The translations under genes and the position numbers were made by a program. This document shows, piece after piece, positions 54,311-62,293 of a stretch of DNA of 64,000 nucleotides. The notes below the pieces were generated by a model. It had not been told where the DNA came from. It saw only the letters and a program-made list of their open reading frames with translations, and ran no database searches. Numbering within the stretch: position 1 is the first letter of the stretch; each line of letters opens with the position of its first letter. This DNA is from a bacterium (GTDB taxonomy: Bacteria; UBP15; UBA6099; JAJRTR01), in NCBI GenBank assembly GCA_024278215.1, contig JAJRTR010000135.1:11651-75650 (forward strand), read 5' to 3'.

Positions 54311-55606
54311 TTATTTTATTTCATTAAGCGGCATCACACGCCGACAATACTTTCCGCCTTCGACATACCTGAGCAGAACCTTCGCGCCGTCCGGGCTCAT
54401 TATCGGCTCCCATAGCATTTCAAACGGCTGGTTCCAGACCCTGCCGTCTACCGCGACAAAGTATTTGCCGTCCTGCTCGCCCTTGGCGACGACCGACGAA
54501 CCGTCATGGCTAAACGCCGGTTTCCAGACCATATCGAAATCCACCGGCCACGGCTTGCCGTCCACACATATCGACCACCTGTTGTTGTCCTTCGTGATCG
54601 CCGCCACCCTCGCGCTGTCCGGCGAAAACACCTGATCGCGCACAACGTCCGCAAACGTGATGTCCCACGCCCTGTCGTCCACGGCGACCGTCGTCCTGCC
54701 GAACTCCGGGCACACAACCGCGCAGACCCTATTCGCGTCCGGGCTGAAAACAAGTTTCCATATCTGCATGAACCGGCTGTCCCAGATCGGCGAACCGTCC
54801 TCGTAGAGCGCGAACCCGCCCGCTGTCTTCACAGGCGCCAACAGCGACCCCGTGCCCGGCCTGAACCCGGGCTCCCACACATGCGCGAAAATCTCCGGCC
54901 ATAATTTTCCGTCCGCCACTATCCCGTACTTCATGTTGTCGACGCGCACCTGAAGCCCGACATGCCTGCCGTCGTCGCTCAGTGTCACTCCCCACGTGTT
55001 CATATACTTGTCGTCCCAAGGCTTGTCGTCCACTACCACGCCCCACGTGCCATCGAGAAAAGTGAATACATCGGCTTCCGACAGTTCCTCAAGCTGCGCT
55101 AGAACAGCGACCGTCGCGCCGTCCCTGCTCATCTGAAATTCCCTTATTGACAGATACGTGTTTTCCCAGGGCTTACCGTCGATACATACCGAATACTGAA
55201 AGTTCTTCTTCGTCTGCACACCGATGCGACCGCCGTCCGCGCTGAATTGCGTGTTCCAGACATACTCGAACTTCTCGTCCCATACGCTGCCGTCCACCCC
55301 CACTGTCCACTCGTCGTCGCTCATTACCAGCGCCGCAAGCCGCGCGTCCGGCCCGAATCGCGGATACCACAGCCTCTCAAAACGCGCATCCCACAATTCA
55401 CCATTCACACATGCCGTGAATTCGCCGTCTCCCGTTTTCACAGGGACAGCTATCTTCTCGCCGTCGCCGCTGACGACAAATTCATGGACCTCGGAATATT
55501 TATTCCCGATATCAGCGACATCAGCGATAATCTTTTTGTCCGGTTCCCAATTCCAGTCTTTATAATCCGGCATCTGCTTCTCCTTTGTTGCACAGCCTCT
55601 CGACAT
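54311..55606 (-). CDS. cytoplasmic tandem-repeat beta-propeller-like protein (~9 repeats of ~40 aa; PD40/WG-repeat-like)
   Basis: A repeating unit [V/I]xVDGKxWxxxFxxVWxPxFSxDGxxVA recurs 9-10 times (for example VCIDGKPWENTY..., VAVDDRAWDITFADVVRDQVFSPDSARVAA, ICVDGKPWPVDFDMVWKPAFSHDGSSVVA). No signal peptide. Confidence 0.55.
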   Translation of the reverse strand: MSRGCATKEKQMPDYKDWNWEPDKKIIADVADIGNKYSEVHEFVVSGDGEKIAVPVKTGDGEFTACVNGELWDARFERLWYPRFGPDARLAALVMSDDEWTVGVDGSVWDEKFEYVWNTQFSADGGRIGVQTKKNFQYSVCIDGKPWENTYLSIREFQMSRDGATVAVLAQLEELSEADVFTFLDGTWGVVVDDKPWDDKYMNTWGVTLSDDGRHVGLQVRVDNMKYGIVADGKLWPEIFAHVWEPGFRPGTGSLLAPVKTAGGFALYEDGSPIWDSRFMQIWKLVFSPDANRVCAVVCPEFGRTTVAVDDRAWDITFADVVRDQVFSPDSARVAAITKDNNRWSICVDGKPWPVDFDMVWKPAFSHDGSSVVAKGEQDGKYFVAVDGRVWNQPFEMLWEPIMSPDGAKVLLRYVEGGKYCRRVMPLNEIK

Positions 55607-55683
55607 CGTCGCCGCATGACCGCGAAATACTTTTCGCGCGCATCACACTGTCTCCATTGTTTTTGCTCCGCGCCGACACGGCG

Positions 55684-56163
55684 TCACATCTTCTTGTCGC
55701 ATTTCACAGTGACCGGCGGCTCGGCCTCACCGGTACGCTCTTTATATCTTTCCAGCATCTTCGTTTCCGAAAGGTCGTTCAGCGAATATTCCGCCAGTAC
55801 ATCCGTTATCTGCGCCTTGATCAGCCCCCACATCTTTCGCGACGTGCATACATCCTCGAACTTGCAGTTCCCCTCGTAAGTTACACAGTCGAGCAGGTCG
55901 ATGCCGCCCATGCTCGCGTCGATCACATCCAGCGCTTTTATCCGGTCGCCGGGTTTCGCCAGCGTGTAGCCTCCCAGCTTTCCCTGCACACTCCTGATGA
56001 GGCCCTGGTTTTTCAGCGCCATCACGAGCTGTTCGAGATACTTAAAAGGGAGCCCCTGTTCTTTAGCGATTTCCTTGAGTTTGATAGGTTCGCCACGATC
56101 ATAATTATCGGAGAGATAGACCATCAATCTAAGTGAATATATAGCGCGAGTAGATAATCTCAT
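55684..56163 (-). CDS. Rrf2-family transcriptional regulator (Fe-S-cluster type, IscR/NsrR-like)
   Basis: MRLSTRAIYSLRLMVYL is the Rrf2 wHTH N-terminus. Three clustered Cys (C..C.....C in CVTYEGNCKFEDVC) suggest a cluster ligand set. The start is preferred at the Met at 56163 over the ORF-track start at 56178. Confidence 0.75.
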   Translation of the reverse strand: MRLSTRAIYSLRLMVYLSDNYDRGEPIKLKEIAKEQGLPFKYLEQLVMALKNQGLIRSVQGKLGGYTLAKPGDRIKALDVIDASMGGIDLLDCVTYEGNCKFEDVCTSRKMWGLIKAQITDVLAEYSLNDLSETKMLERYKERTGEAEPPVTVKCDKKM

Positions 56164-56524
56164 AATAAAACCGCCCAAAAAGCCGACTTACGCCCTACTT
56201 ATCCTGTCGAACTGGTAGGGTTACGCGGCGAAAAAATATATTGCTCCTGAAACATGAGCAATATCCCCTTCCGCAACAACCTTTTTTCGGGTTTACCCTC
56301 CGTTTATCCTATTAGTCAGATATGATTATAACGGTTACCGCAGAAAATGCAATACCCTTATAGATTTTTTTTCAGGTGACCTGCTAACCTGCGCTGTTTT
56401 TTACTCTTATTTGCTAAATTCGTGTGCTCTTTCGATATTATGTGAGAGTTCCGGGCACATGGCTGTCCCGCTCCCGGGGTAGCCTCTGGGAACAATGAAA
56501 TACCTGTATGGGGGTGAGCATTTT

Positions 56525-57586
56525 TTATCTGTTATATTTATAGAGGTCTTCCTGGGTCATGTCGGGGGGAAGGTTCTTTATTCCCCAGTCTCTGCCGTCG
56601 TCGAAGTTCTCGATCACTCTTTTCCAGTTGGATTTTCCGTGACTGTCAAGCGTCATCTTATATCTGCGGCTCTTCATCGTCGAGTTCACCAGCTTATAGA
56701 ATGCCATATCTTCCATGGAAATATCGTTTGCACTTAGTGAACTCGACTTCTTCATCCACTTTTTGAGAGCGTTGTACTCTTCTTCGGTGCAACCGTAGAG
56801 ACAGTCCTTTTTGTCCATCGCACTCGCTATTTCAGGGTTTGCTTTCTTCCATCTCGTCATCTTTGTTTCCATCGCCACCGCATCCGTCACCTTCAACTCT
56901 GTGAGGATATCGATCCCCTTGTATCTGACCTCGATTTTCCTGACCAGCACAGGTGACAACTGCACCATTTTATATAGAGCGTCCTCGAGGAACCTGTTGA
57001 ACTGGTCCTGGTAGTCGGACATGAAGATCGGGATGGGCACCGGCATTACGCCGATGTAGAACCTGTCGAGATAGAGGTATGGTCTTTGTTCTTTGTCGAT
57101 CCAGTAGGCGTTGAGGACAAAGGTGAAAGAAACGGTTCCCGCGTCTTTGTCGGCGGGTGTGAGCCGGTCGATATTTTCTTTCAGTTCGTAGCCCGCGAAT
57201 TTGTTGCTGATCATCTTCAGGGCCGTTGCAAAAGGCACGTCCACGCGAAAAACAAGATTCCCCTTGTTGACGAAAAGATACGGATATTTGAAGAGAGGCG
57301 CGCCCCCTACCGTCAGGTTGTCTACCAGCAACTTGTTTATCCAGGCGTTGATCTCGATTTCACTTATGCTGAATATGCCGACATTCACTGTTTTTCGCGT
57401 GTCTTCGACGAAACGGTTGAACTTCTCTTTCAGGTGCTCGCGGGCGACGGGGTATACTTCTTCCCTTATCTCGGCTCTCACGATGTACGGCGGCGGCATT
57501 GTGCTCATGGCGATATATATGCCCGCGAATCCGAAGAATAAGAGTACGGACAGGCAGCCGAACATTTTGAAGCTGAGTTTGATCAT
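56525..57586 (-). CDS. hypothetical membrane-anchored protein (353 aa)
   Basis: N-terminal transmembrane segment (LSVLLFFGFAGIYIAM), Lys-rich, AT-richer codon usage than neighbours. No recognisable motif. Confidence 0.4.
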   Translation of the reverse strand: MIKLSFKMFGCLSVLLFFGFAGIYIAMSTMPPPYIVRAEIREEVYPVAREHLKEKFNRFVEDTRKTVNVGIFSISEIEINAWINKLLVDNLTVGGAPLFKYPYLFVNKGNLVFRVDVPFATALKMISNKFAGYELKENIDRLTPADKDAGTVSFTFVLNAYWIDKEQRPYLYLDRFYIGVMPVPIPIFMSDYQDQFNRFLEDALYKMVQLSPVLVRKIEVRYKGIDILTELKVTDAVAMETKMTRWKKANPEIASAMDKKDCLYGCTEEEYNALKKWMKKSSSLSANDISMEDMAFYKLVNSTMKSRRYKMTLDSHGKSNWKRVIENFDDGRDWGIKNLPPDMTQEDLYKYNR

Positions 57587-57601
57587 AACCTGACTCCGCT
57601 A

Positions 57602-58957
57602 TCAGTCTCCGCTCGCCACATTCATTCCCCCGAGCAGTATCGAAGGCATGATATTGCCTGCTTCCTCGCGGTAGTCGGAGGAGACGGCCTCGATGCTTTT
57701 CAGTGTATCGAAGACTTCGCCGCCGACCATCACGTTCTCGACGGGATACGCAAGTTCGCCGCCGATGATCCTGAAACCGTAATCGACAGTGCCGGAAACC
57801 TGGCCTGTGATGCTGTGCGGCGTGATCGAGCCCATGAAAACATAGAGCCCGTCGTCGATTCTGCCAATAATATCTTTTTCCGTTTCTGCGCCCGGCCTGA
57901 TGACGAGATTTGAGATGCCGATGCCGACACTCGAACTGTAGCTGCCGCGCGAGGCGTGGCCGTTGTTCTTTTCACCGGCCTTGTTTGCCGTGTAAGAATT
58001 GTGCAAATAGTTGCTGAGCACACCGTTTTCAATAATACTGAACTGTGATTTCGGGAATCCCTCGCCGTCCGCATTCGTCGAGCGCAGACCGGCCGCCACG
58101 AGCGGGTCTTCCCTGATATCGATGAGTTCCGACGCGATTTTTTCGCCCCTTTTGCCCGCGAGATACGATCTGCCGCGCTGTATTTCTTCCGCGCTTGCCG
58201 CACCTGCTACACTGCGCAGGAAACCTGTTGCGGCCAGCGGGCCGAGCACTATGGGGAATTTCCCGGAATCCATCCTTCTGCTGTCGACGAAAGATACCGC
58301 TTTTTCAGTGGCGATCCGGGCGATTTCTTCGGGCGATTTCAGGTCCGCTATACGCCTCGCATGTGAATACTCGTAATACGAACCGACTTTCCCATTCCTG
58401 CTGACGACGGAAAATACATACATAGAAATCGATGATTTACTACAACAGAGGGAAATGCCGTTGGAGTTGACGAGTGCGCTTGCTACGGCCCCCGCGCCTA
58501 CTCCGCCTTTTACGATTACGTCCGGCTCGATATCCCTTGCGACCTCGATGAATGTGTTGCCCCATTCGATAGCTTTCGAAGGCGTGAAATCGCTTATCGC
58601 CAGGTCGAAAAGCGCGTCGACTTCGGGGTATTCGCCCGGTTCGGGCAGCGCGTCGAAATCCGGGTCCGGTTCGCTTTCCTTCGCCAGTTCCGCGCCTGTC
58701 CGGCCGGCGCTTTTCGCGTCCTCGATTGCGAATCCGCGACCGCGGCTGTAGCCCGAGCCACCTTCATAAAACGCCCTGGCACAGTATCCGGCATCGTATT
58801 CGACATCTGAAGTACGCACGCTGTTTTTCTCTATTTCGAGGCCGACGCTGCGACCGTCCTGCACAATAACATCCACATGCTGCGCCCCGCTCTTAACCGC
58901 CGCTTCGCACGCGACTTTTCCGAATTCAACAATTCTGTAATCTTCCATATTCTGCAT
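57602..58957 (-). CDS. TldD/PmbA-family metalloprotease
   Basis: 451 aa. The C-terminal region ...GLYVFMGSITPHSITGQVSGTVDYGFRIIGGELAYPVENVMVGGEVFDTLKSIEAV is typical of PmbA/TldD. Confidence 0.7.
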   Translation of the reverse strand: MQNMEDYRIVEFGKVACEAAVKSGAQHVDVIVQDGRSVGLEIEKNSVRTSDVEYDAGYCARAFYEGGSGYSRGRGFAIEDAKSAGRTGAELAKESEPDPDFDALPEPGEYPEVDALFDLAISDFTPSKAIEWGNTFIEVARDIEPDVIVKGGVGAGAVASALVNSNGISLCCSKSSISMYVFSVVSRNGKVGSYYEYSHARRIADLKSPEEIARIATEKAVSFVDSRRMDSGKFPIVLGPLAATGFLRSVAGAASAEEIQRGRSYLAGKRGEKIASELIDIREDPLVAAGLRSTNADGEGFPKSQFSIIENGVLSNYLHNSYTANKAGEKNNGHASRGSYSSSVGIGISNLVIRPGAETEKDIIGRIDDGLYVFMGSITPHSITGQVSGTVDYGFRIIGGELAYPVENVMVGGEVFDTLKSIEAVSSDYREEAGNIMPSILLGGMNVASGD

Positions 58958-59194
58958 ATTCCCATCTGTGGTCTGTTTTACACAGCTATCGTTATTATTA
59001 TAGTATAGTATACTCCAGTAGTGTCCAAAATATTACCTGATTACCCCTGAAACTCAGGTAGTGGTGATTTTAAAAAACAACCATCCGGTTTTGTGTAGTG
59101 CGGGGTCACCGCCCTTGTCTACATCTTCCACCGAATTTATTGCGTATGCGTCCCTCTTCTCGCTTTTGAACCAAATGCAGCCGGACGCAGCCGG

Positions 59195-59218
59195 ATCAGA
59201 ATATTGCAATCGGCTCTT
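59195..59218 (+). mobile_element. family-1 MITE fragment (right terminal inverted repeat end only)
   Basis: CAGAATATTGCAATCGGCTC matches the right terminus of the 179 bp element and directly abuts family-2 copy 3. Confidence 0.45.
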
Positions 59219-59220
59219 AC

Positions 59221-59415
59221 CCCGCATATTTCACCAATGCGGGCCGAAAATCGGGAGAATGCCTGTAATACAAGGCGCGGCAAGTGAGTGGTGAGGGAGC
59301 AGCCGGCCTCTTGCGCAAAATGCTGGTATGTGACCGATCCCGAATCGCCGCCGCAACGCAGTAGAACAGGCGTTATAGCGATTTTCCGGATTTCTTTGTG
59401 AGAAATCCGGGTTAC
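59221..59415 (+). repeat. family-2 repeat / candidate structured-RNA element, copy 3
   Basis: CCCGCATATTTCACCAATGCGGG ... CCGGATTTCTTTGTGAGAAATCCGGG. Its core is near-identical to copy 2. Confidence 0.6.
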
Positions 59416-59433
59416 ATCTTTTCATCGTTGACA

Positions 59434-60084
59434 CTACACGGGAAGCACCGGCATCATGAGCCGCGTTACGACAATGCCTGCCGCGATGCCGATGAGGATA
59501 CCGGCGGCGACATCGGTAGGGAAGTGGACACCGTTGTAGATGCGCGAATAAGAGCCAAGCAGTCCGACAGCTATAAGATATGGGGAGAGCGCGGGATAAT
59601 AGATGGAAAGAGATAGCGCCATCGCCATGAAACCTGCGGAATGGCCCGATGGAAACGACGCCCGGCCGGACAATCTTTCCGCATTGACTATTGCAGCGAC
59701 ATCATCGAAAACCATAAACGGCCGCCGGCGTTTCCACACTTTTTTAACGGTGAATTCCGCGATAACACCTGCTGACGCCGACGCTGCCAGCATGCAGTAT
59801 GCCGCATTCCTTAATTTCGCTATATCGTATCTGAAACCCACTATGATCATTGCGGTTCCGAGCACAATCTGGAGAATGCCCCTGTTCGCTACTATCGAAA
59901 GAAACGGCATCAGCACGTCGAATACCGGATTGCGGAGCCGCCCGTAGAGGAAATGAAACACACTGTGGTCGAGCCTTTCGATCCGGCCCAGCATGTTGTC
60001 GCCGTATGTCGATTCGTTATCTTTGTTCATAGCATACTGTATATTATCCTCTTTAATGTCGCTTAATTGTGTTGAAAGCAGCAT
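59434..60084 (-). CDS. PAP2-family phosphatase (phosphatidic-acid/undecaprenyl-PP phosphatase type)
   Basis: PAP2 motifs KKVWKRRRP (KxxxxxxRP), PSGHS, SRIYNGVHFPTDV (SRxxxxxHxxxD). Membrane protein. Confidence 0.75.
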   Translation of the reverse strand: MLLSTQLSDIKEDNIQYAMNKDNESTYGDNMLGRIERLDHSVFHFLYGRLRNPVFDVLMPFLSIVANRGILQIVLGTAMIIVGFRYDIAKLRNAAYCMLAASASAGVIAEFTVKKVWKRRRPFMVFDDVAAIVNAERLSGRASFPSGHSAGFMAMALSLSIYYPALSPYLIAVGLLGSYSRIYNGVHFPTDVAAGILIGIAAGIVVTRLMMPVLPV

Positions 60085-60155
60085 GATTTTTCAACCATGT
60101 TGGACGCATACCGCGCAGATGATAGAATTATGAAGTGAATGGAGAATAGCAACCG

Positions 60156-60887
60156 ATGATCAGCACAGACGTTCTGGCGATATATCTCGCGGGCTCGATA
60201 TTCTTCTGCTGGGCGGCGGTGTCTCTGGCGATGCCGGGCCGTACCGCTGAAGCGCCGGAAGTTGTCGCTCCGTCCGCGCAGGCAAACACTGCGCTTGGCG
60301 TCTTCGCAGTATTTCTTCTCCTGTCGGTCGCCGTCAGGATGCTCGCGCCGTCTTTGCCTGCAATCGCCCCCGGCAGACTCGACACAGCTTTCTCGGCAAT
60401 CATCATATTCGCGGTATTCGCCGTGTCGTCGTGGTATGGCGACTCACCCGCGCAAACGGGCCTTTCACTCCGGAACATAAGCACAGTTGTGTTCTTCCTT
60501 GTGCCTCCCGTCGGCATAGTGCTGTTGCCTGGCGGAAGGGTGAATATGGCCCTCCTGCTCGGCGGCATCGTGCCTTCGATAGCCATCGCCGGAGCCGCGG
60601 AGGAGATTCTTTTCAAGGGCTATATGCAGACACGGCTTCAGGCGGCGTGGGGTTCGACAGCCGGGTTGCTTGCCGCGGCGCTGGCCGCGTCGGTTTTCAG
60701 GATACCGATGTTCATACAGTCGGGAAGCGCGGTGATCGTAGCGACGCAATTAGTGTTTCATTTCTTATTATGGGGCTGCGTCGGCGGCCTGATTTTCAAC
60801 AGGACGCGAAATGTCTACGGACTCATATTGCTCAGAGTTTTTCTCGACACCGCGCCGCTCGTTTTTGCGGGTATCGTCGTCAATTAG
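60156..60887 (+). CDS. CPBP-family intramembrane glutamic endopeptidase (CAAX protease-like)
   Basis: AEEILFKGY (EExxxR/K motif 1) and FHFLLW (motif with His) in a multi-transmembrane protein. 243 aa. Confidence 0.65.
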   Translation: MISTDVLAIYLAGSIFFCWAAVSLAMPGRTAEAPEVVAPSAQANTALGVFAVFLLLSVAVRMLAPSLPAIAPGRLDTAFSAIIIFAVFAVSSWYGDSPAQTGLSLRNISTVVFFLVPPVGIVLLPGGRVNMALLLGGIVPSIAIAGAAEEILFKGYMQTRLQAAWGSTAGLLAAALAASVFRIPMFIQSGSAVIVATQLVFHFLLWGCVGGLIFNRTRNVYGLILLRVFLDTAPLVFAGIVVN

Positions 60888-61103
60888 CGGCTGAACGAAA
60901 ACCTGCTCCTACCGGAATGTGCACAAAGTGCCCGCTATCTTCGTTATCCTCAGTCAACAATGCGCTGCATTGCTTCTTTCGTCCGCTACGTATATATATT
61001 GCCAACCCTGCACTATAAATATTTATAGTATGGCAATTATTTTTTCTTTCGTCCGGGTATATTAGGACAATAATCAGTATCTGAAAGAAGGTGCGGCGGC
61101 GCG

Positions 61104-61826
61104 TTACAGAAGATAGCGGATGATGAAGAATATGCCGGTGCCGAGGGCGTTGCCGGCAACGGCGATTTTGAGGGAGTTCCTGCTGCGCGCCATGGAATTG
61201 AAAAGCATAACAGAAAAGAACTGGAAGGCGCAGAATGTGATGAGGTCGTCGGCGAAGATCGTAAGCAGTGTCAGCGAGAAAGCGGCGGCGGCGGCGCATA
61301 TCAGGAGGAAGAGGCCGGGCATGAATTCGATGGCGCGAATGAGCCAGAAGACGAGTACCGAGCCGATGATGACGGCGAGGGCGGTGAGTTCGCGCTGGTG
61401 GTTTACGAGCCATTCGACGCGGAAGGCGTTCGCGAAGAAAGGCGGGATCAGCAGGTAGCCGGCGGCCATGACCGAGCCGATGGAGGCGGAAAGCACGGCG
61501 GCGGCGGCGGTGTCTTTCGCTATTTTCGCGAATTTATTATATTCCGGGCTGAGCAGGTCCACCAGCGCTTCTATGCAGGTGTTGAGCACTTCGAGCGAGA
61601 TGATTACAGTGATGATGAAAAAGAAGAAAGCCTTCTGGAGGACCGACACGTCGAAGATTATGGCGAACGACATTACCCAGAGCGCGATGCTGAAGTGGAA
61701 ACGCATGTTGCGCTGTGTGAGAAGCACGTGAAAGAGGCCTTCGAACGCGGCCTTGAAGCTGTAAACCACCTGCAGGACAACGCCTGAGGGCTTGCTGTTA
61801 TATATCGGTTTATTGTCTTGAGACAT
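61104..61826 (-). CDS. dgkA: diacylglycerol kinase (prokaryotic DgkA-type) with extra C-terminal membrane domain
   Basis: RNMRFHF...IISLEVLNTCIEALVD is the DgkA signature. 240 aa versus about 120 for typical DgkA. Confidence 0.65.
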   Translation of the reverse strand: MSQDNKPIYNSKPSGVVLQVVYSFKAAFEGLFHVLLTQRNMRFHFSIALWVMSFAIIFDVSVLQKAFFFFIITVIISLEVLNTCIEALVDLLSPEYNKFAKIAKDTAAAAVLSASIGSVMAAGYLLIPPFFANAFRVEWLVNHQRELTALAVIIGSVLVFWLIRAIEFMPGLFLLICAAAAAFSLTLLTIFADDLITFCAFQFFSVMLFNSMARSRNSLKIAVAGNALGTGIFFIIRYLL

Positions 61827-62293
61827 TACGTTTCACTTTCGGATCGCGTTACAGTGTGTTCACAGCGCAATTTTTTCAGAATCCGTTTGCGGCGATTTTC
61901 CATGCGCCGGGCATCTTCGGGGCCTGTTTCGTGGTCGAAGCCCATGAGATGGAGAAGGCTGTGCAGGATGAGTTCGCGCAGTTTATCGTCGAGCGGCACG
62001 CCCTCTTCGCGCGCGTCGGAGAGCGCCTGGCGCGCACCGACGACGATGTCGCCCAGCAGGAAAGGACCGGGGTCGCCGGGGCTGTCGATGGGAAAACTCA
62101 GAACATCCGTGGGTGTACGTTTTCCGCGCCATTTCTCATTAAGCGACTGTATCTTTTTGTCCCCCACAAGTGAGATGGAGACCTCGGAGTCTTTGTAGTC
62201 GCGGGTGGACTCGAGCACGCGGCGCGCGAAGTTTCCGACTGCCTCGAGGTCGATCCCGACTTTCGTTGTGTTGTATATTTCAACGCTTGCCAT
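61826..62293 (-). CDS. ybeY: rRNA maturation endoribonuclease YbeY
   Basis: HSLLHLMGFDH (the H3xH5xH zinc motif of YbeY). 155 aa from the ATG at 62293. The longer 315 aa ORF in the track is an out-of-frame read-through into the upstream gene. Confidence 0.8.
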   Translation of the reverse strand: MASVEIYNTTKVGIDLEAVGNFARRVLESTRDYKDSEVSISLVGDKKIQSLNEKWRGKRTPTDVLSFPIDSPGDPGPFLLGDIVVGARQALSDAREEGVPLDDKLRELILHSLLHLMGFDHETGPEDARRMENRRKRILKKLRCEHTVTRSESET

